Shown here piece by piece: positions 44,511 through 57,300 of a stretch of 64,000 nucleotides of DNA (position 1 is its first letter; each line of letters opens with the position of its first letter). A model generated the notes under the pieces. It did no database searches, was not told where the DNA came from, and saw only the letters and a list, made by a program, of their open reading frames with translations. Origin of the DNA: Styela clava (lineage: Eukaryota); the NCBI RefSeq assembly GCF_964204865.1, contig NC_135256.1, forward strand, positions 14,694,001 through 14,758,000. The letters are read 5' to 3'. A program made the translations under genes and the position numbers.

Positions 44511-46746
44511 ACTGATGCGGACCGATTGTGTTGTGTTTGGCTACCCATGCCGTGTATTTTACTGAGTGTAAAGAATAATATAAGATTTTATCATTATTTA
44601 TTGGACACTATTTTTACTATTGGAATGCCCTAACGGCAGAAAGTGCGCTCCATCAGTACCGACCATGGCATGATCGGTTCGTATTGCGTTAAAAATCGTC
44701 AATATCGAACGCTATTACAGTGCCGAGAAAGCGGTTTCAGAAAAGGCGTATCTGCAAGAAGTGTGGCGTCGGGTACCTTATTACCGTGCTTAAACCCCTT
44801 CGATTTTCAACGCTTAGGGAATTTGAAAGACAATTTGTATCAGAACAATCTTTGAACAATCAGTGAAATCATGCTTGCAAATGCAGTAAAACTTAAGAGA
44901 AAAATGTTTGCGAGTAGTTGATAATTTTGCGCGTCTCTCTGTGCGGATGTACGTTTGTCTTTAATGCCGCGGAGGTCACTGGAAACATGTCAAGAATAAA
45001 TACCGTTTGAGCAAAACGTCCTTGATTACTGAAACTTTTGAGTACATTCAAACCCAAACAGAAGTTCAAGTGTAAACCAATAAGTTATCTTCATTTCCGT
45101 AGACATATTGGGAAATCCATGTGTACCTTATAATGTTTGATGTAAAAGTTTGTATTTTTGGTATAATTATCTTCCAATTCTAGTCAACTGATTTCGTTGA
45201 TCAAATCTGGAGAAAGTGACGTCTGGATCGGTTTGGATGATCTTCAGCGGGAGGGTAACTTCATTTGGGCAGATGGCGTCGTCTCTACTAAAGCAAATAC
45301 TGATTGGTCTACAAACCAACCAGACAATTATAAAAATGAAGAATATTGTGGAATTTTTTCTTTTTGGATGGGGTGGAAATTGAATGATGAGAATATCTAT
45401 GTGAAAAACAAATTTAAAAGTTGCAAACGGGATATGGAAATGAAAACCTTTTCAACTTTTTTTCATACTCCCACAAAAGAGAGTGAGTGTCCACACAAGA
45501 ACAATTACATTTTTACTATATATACCTATTTATATGACTCCGTGACGTTATCGATGTATATATAACTGATAACAAAATCTTTTGATTAATATGAGTCACC
45601 ACTTGGATAGAGAAAATCTAGTGGACATTGGCTAGAAAGTTTTAATATGAACATAACTAAAATGACTGAAAAATATTTTTGCAAAATAATACACTGACGT
45701 TTTGAATATTAAAACATTTTGTTTTCTCATGATAAACTATTTCAATCATAGCGATGTTATTCAATGATCTGTCAAATGAAATATGAAAGTTACGTTTACG
45801 CCTTGTTGGCAAATTTATTCAAGATGACTGAGATGAAAAGAAATAACTCGTACGTGCTTTCAATGTTAGTGGTCTTGATGCGTTATTATAAGGTATAAAA
45901 GGAAAAGATATCTTAATTAAGTTGTGTAAAAAGCAGAAAATTGTTCTTTCAATTTTTTCAGATAGAATTAGAGTTTACTGGACTTATTGGGATTTTTTGC
46001 TTGCAGATGTGACCAGGAAATAAAGGAAACGTGTTTTACAGATAATATATTGTATGATGTAAAATATTAGACATTTTTGTTGCTTGATGCAATTGATTGA
46101 ATTCAACCACTTTCCAACTTATTCTAAATTGATTTCATTTCATGAAATTTTATTTCCCATTTCCATCTGTATCGTTGTCTTTAAAAGTCTAATTTGAGGA
46201 CTATGTTTGTTGAAGCGTATCTATCTTGTGCAACGACCACCAAACGTCTCCAAGAAATAAAATTCACGAAAAAGGTTTGCTGGACAAAGTTAATTTTAGT
46301 GAACTCAATATGTCACGTTATCTTAGACAACAATGACGTGTTTATCATAAAAATATAGCTAAATGTAATCCACTTTTAACATTTTGTCACGAGATTGTTC
46401 TGCAAAATTATCTTGTTATCTCCAATTACAACATTAATTATGGGTATGTTCGAAAAATTTAACTTTGTTTGTGTTCAATTTGGAGGCTAATTCAAGTTTT
46501 ATGCACAAAGTAAGAAAATTAGTTTTGTGCAATCAAAACGTGTGCAATCGAGAAATGCAACGTGAGCCTTGTTAAAAGGCTGTATTTTGGCTATGATAGC
46601 ATCTAGGCCAGAAATACAGATACGTTTTTAATGAATGGGTCAAACATTATAGGTGTATTATAGAAAAGTAGACTGTGGATCATACGTATTTAGGCAATAT
46701 CTGCATCTTTTCCTCAAGTCTTGCAATCCCTAAAATTGGCCAGGAC

Positions 46747-47858
46747 TAGGGTTACCATATTTTTGGCCTTCAAAGCGGGACGCCTCCAAAGACACGGCCC
46801 CTTAGCTGTGATTCTGTAACTTTATTACATATAGTGTAGCGGCCATGATTCTAAACAGTGACCGTTATTATTGTAACTAAACTGGCAACGGTAACCTAGG
46901 GCATTGAACCCTGACCATTTTGGTGTTGGCGGGTTCTCTTTCGGCGTGGGCCGGTTGGAGGTAGGACGTATAAATTTGTATCTTAATCAATCGGGGGTTT
47001 TAGTATTATTAATTAGGCGTAGTTCAAATTTACATCATATAATTCTATTTCCTGTTATTTCGTATAGTTATTATTGGTCCCTCCTGTGTAATAGCACTGT
47101 ATTTTACCGGATTACTGTTTGACAACTATTCCATCATTATTTGACTACCATTTTGACTCAACAATAAACATCTTTGGACAATCATTTCGAACTTTGAAAG
47201 GAACTCAGACAGTACCGCGTCATCAAAAATGAAGTGCCTGTACGATCTATTTATTCCAATCACCCTAACGAGCGCATCGCCATCGTATGGTGCTGAGCCG
47301 TTATACATAGGCCTACATTTAAAGCCATCCCGGCTGTCTTCATTGACCATATTGTCATCGAGAGTTCATGCGCATATTCTCTGTCTAAATATCGGGTTCA
47401 GTTCGAAAATAGAAAGGAATAGACGCTAAAGATACAAATGATCCGAATTTAGATATTTTTATGTACAGCAAAAGGAATAAAGAATTAGACTGCCGTTTTC
47501 AAGCATTGAGATTTTACTTATTCCCTAAGCACGCCTTTCTGTAGATACCACCTTCAAAAAGACTTTGATCAATGTTACATTCACGTGAATGTTCGAACAA
47601 GACCAATTAAAATAGATTTTACATGTGATACGTTCGCTAACAATGTTAGTGGGAAACAACAAACAAACAAAATAACGCATTCACCTTCAGTAATCAGCAA
47701 TTCAGCCACACAGCAACAACATTAACAAGAGCATGTTAGTGTGTTATGCTGGATGGCTGAACGCAAAAGCGGGACTTTTGCCTGACTTGTCGGGACGGTG
47801 GGACAAGACGCTAAAAAGCGGGACTGTCCCGCCTAAAGCGGGACGTATGGTAAGCCTA
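46747..47858. mobile_element. Non-autonomous hAT element (1.1 kb)
   Basis: TIR tagggttaccata / tatggtaagccta. 8-bp TSD gccaggac (46739-46746 and 47859-47866). Subterminal aaagcgggac repeats. Empty site present in the paralogous blocks (~40697, ~62737). Confidence 0.9.
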
Positions 47859-49439
47859 GCCAGGACCAAAACCCGTTATCGAATAGTTTGGGATTCGAAT
47901 CCTACAGATGCAATATTTTGTGTTGTCCTCACCCGATCAGACGATTTTGGTTACTTAATTCAATTAAATTCATGTGCGGAAACTCGGATTCGCACACATA
48001 TGTATTATCGAAAAACGTTATCATGCTACGACAAATGTTTTCATGATATAAAAGGGGTTTGGACGGAGTTGCACTCTGTGAGAATCCCATATATGGGATG
48101 AATATGAGGGGATATCGATTCAAACCAAAAGAACTGAGAAAAAAATAATTTATATTTTTTTCAATTTGAAATTATTGACCACTTTCCATTAATGATTATC
48201 AAATTAACTATACACCATTTTTTAATTCTTTAGTCCGCGCTCTCTAATAAAATTTGAATCAGGGAAGAACATTTAATTCTGAAGTTTTGAATCGCTATTT
48301 AGAAATCAATCCATTACAAAAAGACTGGTAGGTGGTAACATGCTAAAACAAAATTTTATCATAAATATTTGCTTCTAAATTTTGATCAGTTAATCCTCCT
48401 TTCAAACAGATATAGCAAATTTGATGTTTACCATGAACAAGAGTGGGAATTGTTTTGAATGGGTGTTTTCAGCAGTTAGGTGATAAAACAACGTTAACAG
48501 AACCCAGACAAAAAGGTTTTTAAATAATTTAATTCAAAGAAATGTTACAACAATATGCTGTAACACAAATCTGGTTTATATTAAACCAAACATTTTTAAG
48601 ATTCACATCGATTTTCTTCATACAAGTAACCCGCATAGAATGAATTTTCAATGGCGTTTCGAGATTGCCACGATGAGAGATTCAAAGATATATACGGCAT
48701 GGTTTCTTATAAAAGTTAAAACCAAATAGTTTTTAAGCACCAAGTATTTCAAATATCTTGAAGGTGATGTTGTCTGAAGTTTAACATAAAACAGACATAC
48801 TGATAGACCATGAATACATGAAGAAGGCGATTTTCCAGTAAACAATGCTGCAAAATAATATTTAAAAACGAAAGTGTGGAGGCAGCATCAGTTGCTATTT
48901 TGCCGTAGATGCAGATTAGGTTCGTCCGAGTTGCAGAGTTGTAAGCGGCACTAATTAGAGCTATTAAAAAATATACAGAGGAAAATTTTGCTTGCTAGCG
49001 TGTGACAATCTAAATATTTGACAAAACTGGGATTTAGAGTTATGATCTTCACTTACCCATTTTAAACATTTCTGACCGTTTAACAACATTCTCCAACCAA
49101 TTCGTTCTAGACTAAATCTATTTGCGGAAAAGGAGTATATCTTTTTTGGAAATTCATAACTTGGCCTCACTAATTTTGTAAATATCGTTGCCTTCTTAAA
49201 TGTTTTATCAACCGTGTCACTGTGTTAAATGATGAGGAAACACGCAGTTAAGGATAACAAAACGTTGTAGAACTAAATGTTCCTTTAAAGCGATGTGGTT
49301 GAATTTTATTCATTCATTTTGTGTTACTCATTAAGCTGTAGTTTTTGTTATATTTAATTATTTAAAAGATTGTTTTTGATACTCCACGTGTATCTTTGTT
49401 TCTTTTTATTGGAAGACTAAAGGTATTTCCTCTGAAAAC

Positions 49440-52418
49440 ATGGCGAAATTACTAAAATTGTTCTTTGTGATTTGTATCTGCCTTTTGCAATCCTCTTTTG
49501 GACAAGAAGGAGTCGGACTTTGTTCGCAGGTAAAACAAAATACCCAATACTACTACCAGTACTATACTCCTGACCAAATCAATGACGCTACTAATTGAAT
49601 ACAATGATAATCGCTAAATTTCCTCGAAATAATTGTAATTGCGAAATCTTCTAACGTTATTATGTCCATTAGAAATATTATGAATGAAAATTGGAAACTC
49701 ATCTACAAAGTGCAATTGAAGCCAGTATGGTTGATATATGCAAGTGTTCATAGAACTAAAATAAAATAAATACTTCATTGCAACAATTATGCTAAAACAA
49801 TATGAGGTTATATAAATATAGAATATATCAATTTAGGTGTACCAGATGCATCAATATTGTATGAACCGCCAAGACTACTCAACTGGAACTAGCCAAGTTG
49901 CAAAACGAGGACGAGTCGGCAAAGCTGGGCCCAGGGGACCTCCTGGAATTGTAAACTACGGAATCATTAATTCGACTATTTCAAATCAATTTGAAGGTGA
50001 CTATTGACAAACTTCTATGAAAAAATATTTCTCTGTCAGTTTTGTAATTTTTTAATGTGTCGAATGCTGATTTGGATTCTGGATCTATCACTAAGAATTT
50101 TGCAAAATCAAATGCATAGCGGTTTATTCTAGTTGTTAAAAATGGGTACTATTTGTAACTTCATACTTCAGCAAAAAACATACATAACTTATTCGCGATG
50201 TTCAACATCTAGTGCTACTTATTGTTACTCACTGAGCAAAATCACTTCCGATTCTTAAAGCAAAATCAGCAATCTATACCGCACAACCCTATTAGCAGGG
50301 TTACCATTTAACCAGAGCCAAAAATAAGCACGGGTGTCAAAAGGTTATTTGGGGGGGGGGGGGGGGTACTTAACAACGCAGAAACGCAGAATAAAAATGA
50401 GAGAAAAATTATGCACGAGTTTCTTCCGCACTCCCAATTTTGTTATTTGTTTTATTTATTTTAGTAGAAGTCGCTTCGAACAAGGTTGTATGCAGCCCTG
50501 AAATCGCAAAATGCCACATAAAGTTTGCCGACCACTGCTCTAATGTCTTCATACTTTGGTTACCCCCATTGCTTCTTGCAAAATTTTTGTGTTTTGTGGT
50601 AGTGTTGTGGGCACTAATTGCTGTTTTCCCCGTCGCCTCTAGGTTGATATCGCTGTCGCAATGGCAGCAGTGAGCATAGCTCTACCTTTTCGACTTTGTT
50701 TAAAGTTAGCAAATTCCTTTTCAAATTCGAAATGAACTGATGTTTACATCTACTCATTTTCTAAATTATGGTTTGTCCCTAAAAACAGTCGCCCATGCCT
50801 TGCAACTAGCAACAACTATTGTAACTGCTGTGTCACAGTTTGCCTGGAAATACCGCAATCCTTACAGTGAACATAAACGGTTCGCGCTGAGAGCGAGCTT
50901 GTGGCGAGAGCAAACTTCTAGATTTGTACGCAAAACAAGGACGAGTTATCCATGTTTCTAAGACAAAATAAGCACACAACTCAAATATAAGCAATTTTCT
51001 TAGAAATAAGCACATCGTTACTTTATAAGATGTAAGCTAGAAAATAAGCACAAATCTTAGAAATAAGTACGATATGGTAACCCTGCCTATTAGTTAGTCA
51101 TATTTTTTGGAAGAATATCGTTTGATATAACATGAAGCTATCTTTGTTCTACAGTTCTTGAAAATGGGCTAGAAACGAAATTTGCAGAAAATTTTCAAGC
51201 TTTGGAGAGGACGAACTCAAATCGTGATGATATAGAACATTTACAGAGAGGTTTATTTTAAATAATTTTCGTAATATTTGATGATTTTTATGATCATAAT
51301 TCGCCTACCACTCAAATATTTAATAAAAAGTCAATATCACCATGTTTCAAACAGAATTAATGAACTGCACTCGAAGAATCAGCAATCTAGAAGAGATGTT
51401 TACGTGGAACAAAGCTAGCAACAATTTTTTCTACAAATTATTTCACGAAGAAGTAACTTATGAAACTGCTAGATCGAACTGCAAGAGAATGGGAGCGAAT
51501 CTTGCATCTGCGGGAGTCCGCGATTCCACTGTACGAAGGTAAGAAAGTCTAATGATTTTAAATAGTAGACACGAAGGAGCAAAACTAAACATTGTACTCT
51601 AACATGAGATGAATATGCTTCAAAACTAAAAAGTTAGAAAGACCCATAATTTCATATATTGGATTCGAAGGAGTTCTATTTGAGAGCAATATTTATCAAA
51701 CAACACCCCACTTGAACCCCTCATATTTTCAACGCTTGAGGAATTTAAAAGACAGTTTTTATCAGAACAATCTTCGAACAATTCGTCAAAGCATGCTCGC
51801 GATCGCAGTAAAAGTTAGGAAAATCTTAAGAGAAGAATGTTTGCGAGTAGTTAGTTGATAATTTCGCGCGTCTGTATGCGCGAATGTACGTTTGTCTTTA
51901 ACGCCGCGAAATAACTTTTAAGCAAAACGTTGTCCTTGATTACTATAAATTTGAGTACATTCGAACTCAAACTGAAGTTTAGGTGTAAACAAATAGATTC
52001 TCTTCATTTCTGGAGAAATAATTTAGAAATCCAGGGGATCTGTATAATTCTGTATGAAAGTTTGATGTAGAAGTTTGTATGTTTTGTATAATTAGTTGAG
52101 AGGCGCTGAATATTTGGTTTTGTATTTAACGATGAACCAAACTTAAGCGCATTATCTTTTAATTTTAGTCAACTGATTTCGTTGATAAAATCTGGAGGAA
52201 GTAACGTTTGGATCGGTTTGAATGATCTTCAGCGGGAGGGTAACTTCATTTGGGCAGATGGTGTCGTCTCTACTAAAGCAAATACAGATTGGTATACAAA
52301 CCAACCCGACAATTCTAGAAATGAAGATTGTGGACATTTTTCCCCTGGGTATGGATGGAAATTGAATGATGCTCCATGTAGCGCTCTGATGAACTATCTA
52401 TGTGAAAAACAAATTTGA
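49440..52418 (+). CDS. Secreted collectin-like C-type lectin (copy B), 259 aa: signal peptide, 5 Gly-X-Y triplets, coiled neck, QPD-type CRD
   Basis: Exons 49440-49529, 49837-49996, 51155-51250, 51355-51538, 52169-52418 = 780 nt in frame. MAKLLKLFFVICICLLQSSFG signal; GRV-GKA-GPR-GPP-GIV; CRD motifs ARSNC..MGANLAS, WIGLND, W..NQPDN, EDC, WKLNDAPC, YLCEK. Confidence 0.9.
50296..51085. mobile_element. Non-autonomous hAT element (790 bp) in intron 2 of lectin B
   Basis: Perfect TIR cagggttaccat / atggtaaccctg. 8-bp TSD cctattag (50288-50295 and 51086-51093). Subterminal aaataagca repeats. Empty site cctattag at 43277-43284 in copy A. Confidence 0.93.
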
Positions 52419-54019
52419 AATTTGAAAAAATTAAGGATATGGAAAGACGTTTTACATTTTCCAACACAAGAGAGTGAGTGTTCACACACGGACAATTACA
52501 TTTTTACTAAATATTCTTGTATATATGACCCATAATGTTATCGACGTATATATATATAATTAACAACAAAATGATTTGGTTAATATATGTCAGTCGTGAT
52601 AAAAAAATCCAGTTTAGAAGATCGATATCGGTTAGCAAACTCTGTCAAACTTAAGAAAAAATGGGGATTGTTTTATTCCAGCATAATTAAAATTATTGAA
52701 AATGATTTTTGCAAAATAATATATTGCTAGTATAAATAATAAAACCTTTTGCTTCCTCATTATAAACTATTTTAATAATAGTAATGGCCTATCAAACGAA
52801 TTATAAAAGTAGCGTTTACATGTAGTTTCTGACCAATTTATTCAAGATAACTAATACGAAAAGAAATAAACCGTACGCCGTTACTTGTTTTCAATGTTGG
52901 TGGTCTGAATGCGTTATTGTGTATAAAATAAAAAAGACGTATTTCAGATATGCCGTGTAAAACGAAGCAAATATTTCTTTAAGTGTGTCCAGATAGACGT
53001 TAGTTCTAATATAGATATATTCAACTCATGTTATAAGTCAGATAGAGTGCGGGATATTGATTGGGGTAATATGGACATGAAAACGATGATTACTGACTAC
53101 TGCATATCGTCAAAGACTTTTGTTGGTATTTTTTAAAATTTTGCTCTGCATTTTAAGTTTTAGCTTATTCCAAAGCTTCAAGTATAAATGATTCCATTCA
53201 TGCCTTTGATTGAATAGGACACATATGCTCAAGGGCAATACATACGAAAATCTCAAAGTGAGTTAAAGTATACAAGAAATATACAAATTGTGATATTTCC
53301 GACAAAAAAATATGAATATTCTCATAAATTATTTAATTTATCAATCTGGCGGTAACCCACCTGATCGCTGAGAACGTGAATGGTGATGTGATATTCGTGC
53401 AATTGTTGAACATTAGAAAAACCATGGGTAACACAAAGGGTAGAGAGAGTTATTAAATATAAAAAAGATATTGATTAAATAATATGCAACCGAGAGGGAG
53501 TTTCATCTTTAATATCAGAAATATAAGAGTGATAGGTCCAATAATAACAAAAGCTTCCCAGTCACAACCGCAATAACAATAATTAGTGCAACGTTCCAAA
53601 GGTCCACTTTATGCTTCCACGAATGTTCGTCAAGTGAGGTATTACAAAATCCATCTATTGTTTACTGAAATTCCAAGCACATGACCTGGCTTGGTTGGCA
53701 TCTGTGCGACGAAGGAAGTGATCTATGGGTCCATTTCGTGTACAAACGCACACTCAGCTCAACAATCTACTACAATCACGAATGCTTGTAAGGAAAGGTA
53801 ATGGCATTTGCAAAAAGTTTTATGGGCATCATGCCTAAATAGTTCCTGTTGATATCTGCTCTACAAAAAAGTGAATTATACTACGTGCAACTAATTATAT
53901 ATGGATAATTTGAAGAAAAATTACTCATTATGGCAATGCACTTAGTCATTATTATACATCAACCACCACTCACAACGACTCAGTTCAAACCAAATAGCTG
54001 GGCTGACTGGTGTCGAATG

Positions 54020-54317
54020 AATTCTGTTATATTTCGTATATTTCGAGCAGCTAAACTAACCGGCATGGACTTTTTATGTAATATGGTATTAATATTTATT
54101 TTGATATTGCAACCGAGTCTCATTTTTGCTGGTGAGTTATTAAAAGTTTTTTGCAAATATTAAAATCAAATTCTGTTATATTTCGTATATTTCGAGCAGC
54201 TAAACTAACCGGCATGGACTTTTTATGTAATATGGTATTAATATTTATTTTGATATTGCAACCGAGTCTCATTTTTGCTGGTGAGTTATTAAAAGTTTTT
54301 TGCAAATATTAAAATCA
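54020..54317. repeat. Perfect 149-bp tandem duplication containing lectin C exon 1
   Basis: 54020-54168 is identical to 54169-54317. Each copy has the ATG, the signal peptide and the GTGAGT donor. Confidence 0.92.
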
Positions 54318-57300
54318 ATATGTATATAATCAAACCATTCATAGCCAATATTCAATAGCTTTGGATGTATACTTTTAGGATTTTTCTGATTTGAGAAAGA
54401 TATCTATATGTCAGTCTTCTCAGATGGAAAGATATCCTCCCATCTTGTTTGCGTCTCTTTTAGTTTTAGTGGGGACTAGAACAATAATGGTTGCAAAGTC
54501 GAGCGATGTGTCTAAGTAGTGTGTGTGTGGTGTTAAGAGTTTGTTGCTCCAATGATTCAAGACTTAAGAAATCTTGCAAGTTTGAAAAATTTTTGTTTGC
54601 TCAAATTGGTTTCCGAATATCTTCATAACTGTACAGTGTACTCAGTTATTACTTATCGATCTTAAAATCGGTAAGTATGTTGATAGGTATTTGTCTGTTT
54701 GTGTGTTTGTCTGTTAGACACTTTTTTATGTTACGCGATATCTCACGAAATCGGAGTTGAATCTCCTCCAAATTTTGCATGTGGATTCATCATATCTCGG
54801 ACCAAAAGCCTACTGATTTTGGATGAATTATGTCGTATAATTAAAATTTTTAATTAATTAGTGATAGGACACACGGTATCGCTGGGGAGCGGATGAATCG
54901 AAACCGCAGTTTCTATTTTGGGGGATCCCCCAACTTTTGATCGATAAGTCTTCGGTCTCTGACCGATATTCTCGTGTATATATTTTGATGAGTAGATCTT
55001 AATTCGGCCTCACATCAGTTGAAAAATAAAAATTTACCGCGTCAGATCTTAAGATGAATTACATCACCTTCCCCCATCTATGGTGAATGTACGGAGAAAA
55101 TAAATGACTGAATGAAAAATGAGCAAAATGTTTCCTTACAATGCAATAATGCGTTTTCAGATGACCCGTTTTCGAATGTCCAGTTGGTTATTGAGGATGG
55201 CAAAGGTTCCTGTAAGAAGGAAGATCATTTATCGGTAAGTATGTGAACATGCAATTCCTAACAAATTAAATCAAAATATGGCAATTTTCCTGATTGATTG
55301 CTTCGAGGTTTTATCTTTCTATTCAAACGTGTTTGCTTGTACAATAATATTCCATTTACCCGGATTTCCCAAACCGTTAAAACATGCTTGGCTGACCAAT
55401 TTACTGCAAGACCCTGAAGTTGCAAGAGTTTCATTTATGTATACCGCAATCTTTTGTTTCAATTCTCTGATCATATGCAAGTGTCTTAAACTAAACTTTG
55501 TCCGATACGATTTGTAACGTGCTGTAGAAGACTAATGCGGAGGTATGGCATTCTTGAGTGTTAATGACCATCGTTTCTTCCTGACGTGTAGGCAAATGTG
55601 CTATGACTCAGTTATGAAGTAATGTATCAGTCTAGCCTGGACAGGCTTCTAACATGAGTTGAAACTCAACTAAAAACTCGGTGTCTCGTACTTTATTAAA
55701 ATTTCTTTTTTTTATGAATTCAAAAATTTGTTTATTTTTACAGATTAAAAGTGAGCAAGGTGAGTACAACGGTTTTTGATGAAATTTCTTGCAAATCTAC
55801 CCGACTCCCAAAGCGCAGTTTGAATTTGCTAGAGTATATTGAGAAATTGTGAATGAGGCATTTATCGAAGAAAAACATATAAGCTATTCAGTCATATTTA
55901 ATCAATTTTCCCAGATTGTGTTAGGTTTACAGACTCTATTATATCGATCATCATCCAGCATCATATTATTTATATTAAGGATGGATTTTACGAACCTAGA
56001 TAAACTAAGCTATAGTATTTGGTTATTTTGATATTATTTTAAAAGATCAGTTTCTAATTCAGTTTATTGCCCAACCACATGTGTATATTCTTCAAAGTTT
56101 ATTGCATATATTTTATTTCGATGCAGAATTGAGAGAAGCATTGGAGAAAAAATTACTGAAGTTTTTGGCTGACAATCCTGGGCAAGAGATCGCTATAACA
56201 ACACAATTGATAGCGAATGGTAGTAGCCCCGTTAGACATTACATGTGTATATATAAGGGAATACCAAAATGCCTTACTAATAACCACCAATTTGTATATA
56301 CCTATTCGATACCATTAGTGATCATTACAGTGAATGAAATCAAAATTTATAGACTGGTTGATGCTGTATAGTGTTCATAGTTTCCACAGCCTAAATATTC
56401 ACTTTGTTCTAGTTCATAAGATGACACAATTGCACGGTTTCAAAAAAATTATTTTATAGTGATAAAATATAATATTATTTTTTTTACTATGACGTCCATT
56501 ACAATTTTCACTCCGAACAAGGCAATAACGAGAATATCGGTCAGAGACCGAAGACTTATCGATCGAAAGTTAGGGGATCCCCCAAAACAGCGCACTTACT
56601 CCATAGTGACAACTTGTGTCCCATCACTAATTAATTAATAACTCGCTAATTATACGACATAATTTGCCCATAATCAATAGGCTTCTGGTCCGAGATAAGA
56701 TGAATGCACATGCAAAATCTGGACCAGATTCAATCTCGCTTTCATGGGATATCGCGTGCATCTAACAGACAAACAGACATACAAATACCTATCAACATAC
56801 TTACCGATTAAAATCGATAAATAACAAGCACCCACTCATATCTAACAATATGTAAGGTTCTACCATCTATACAATGCACACTGGGTGAGGTAGTAGGCAT
56901 GTGATTTTAACCTTGCATACAAAAAAACTTAGGTCTAACGGTCGTAAATACTCGGCCATCGCGCCCACGTCATTTCTGAACGATATTTGAATGTCGTTCG
57001 TGGTGTATGTGATAGATCACGTATAGTTGAAACAATCAAAGTACGCAAACCATTTCCTTATAAAATTTTATGATCTCATCTGTTTGTCAGAAACAACATA
57101 GGAACATACCGTTCAAAAATGCCGAGAACGAAGTACGATACAATTTTTATATTTGATACTTCAATTACAATTTTTAGAAGTTTCGTGTCCACCACAATGG
57201 TTTAAAGCGAGCAATAATTACTGTTACGAATATCATACACAAGAAGCAAACTACGTAAACGCTAAATCAACTTGCGAAAAGAAAGGAGGAACTCTCGCGG

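Larger units (their letters stand above)
42411..45417 (+). pseudogene. C-type lectin / mini-collectin pseudogene (copy A)
   Basis: Exons 42411-42500, 42802-42961, 43345-43440, 43545-43728, 45184-~45417 match copy B. Lesions: TGA at 42486-42488 where B has GGA; net 19-nt deletion near 45390 that removes APCSALMN and frameshifts YLCEK; loss of about 285 bp immediately 5' of the ATG. Confidence 0.88.
39960..45960 (+). repeat. Segmental duplication unit 1 (upstream block + lectin A + 3' flank)
   Basis: Colinear with 46085-53000 and, for its first 2 kb, nearly identical to 62015-64000. Confidence 0.88.
46085..53000 (+). repeat. Segmental duplication unit 2 (upstream block + lectin B + 3' flank)
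   Basis: 46085-46746 and 47867-49150 align with 40075-42405. The 3' flank 52430-53000 aligns with 45420-45960. Confidence 0.88.

Noticed and set aside
45197-45565. 122-aa ORF as a lectin with a novel C-terminal extension
   Set aside because: The extension is frameshift read-through into the 3' UTR after a deletion that removes the last CRD cysteines.
46904-48123. ORFs within and next to the hAT element as transposase or captured genes
   Set aside because: Short, with no recognisable transposase motifs; they run through TIR and subterminal repeats.
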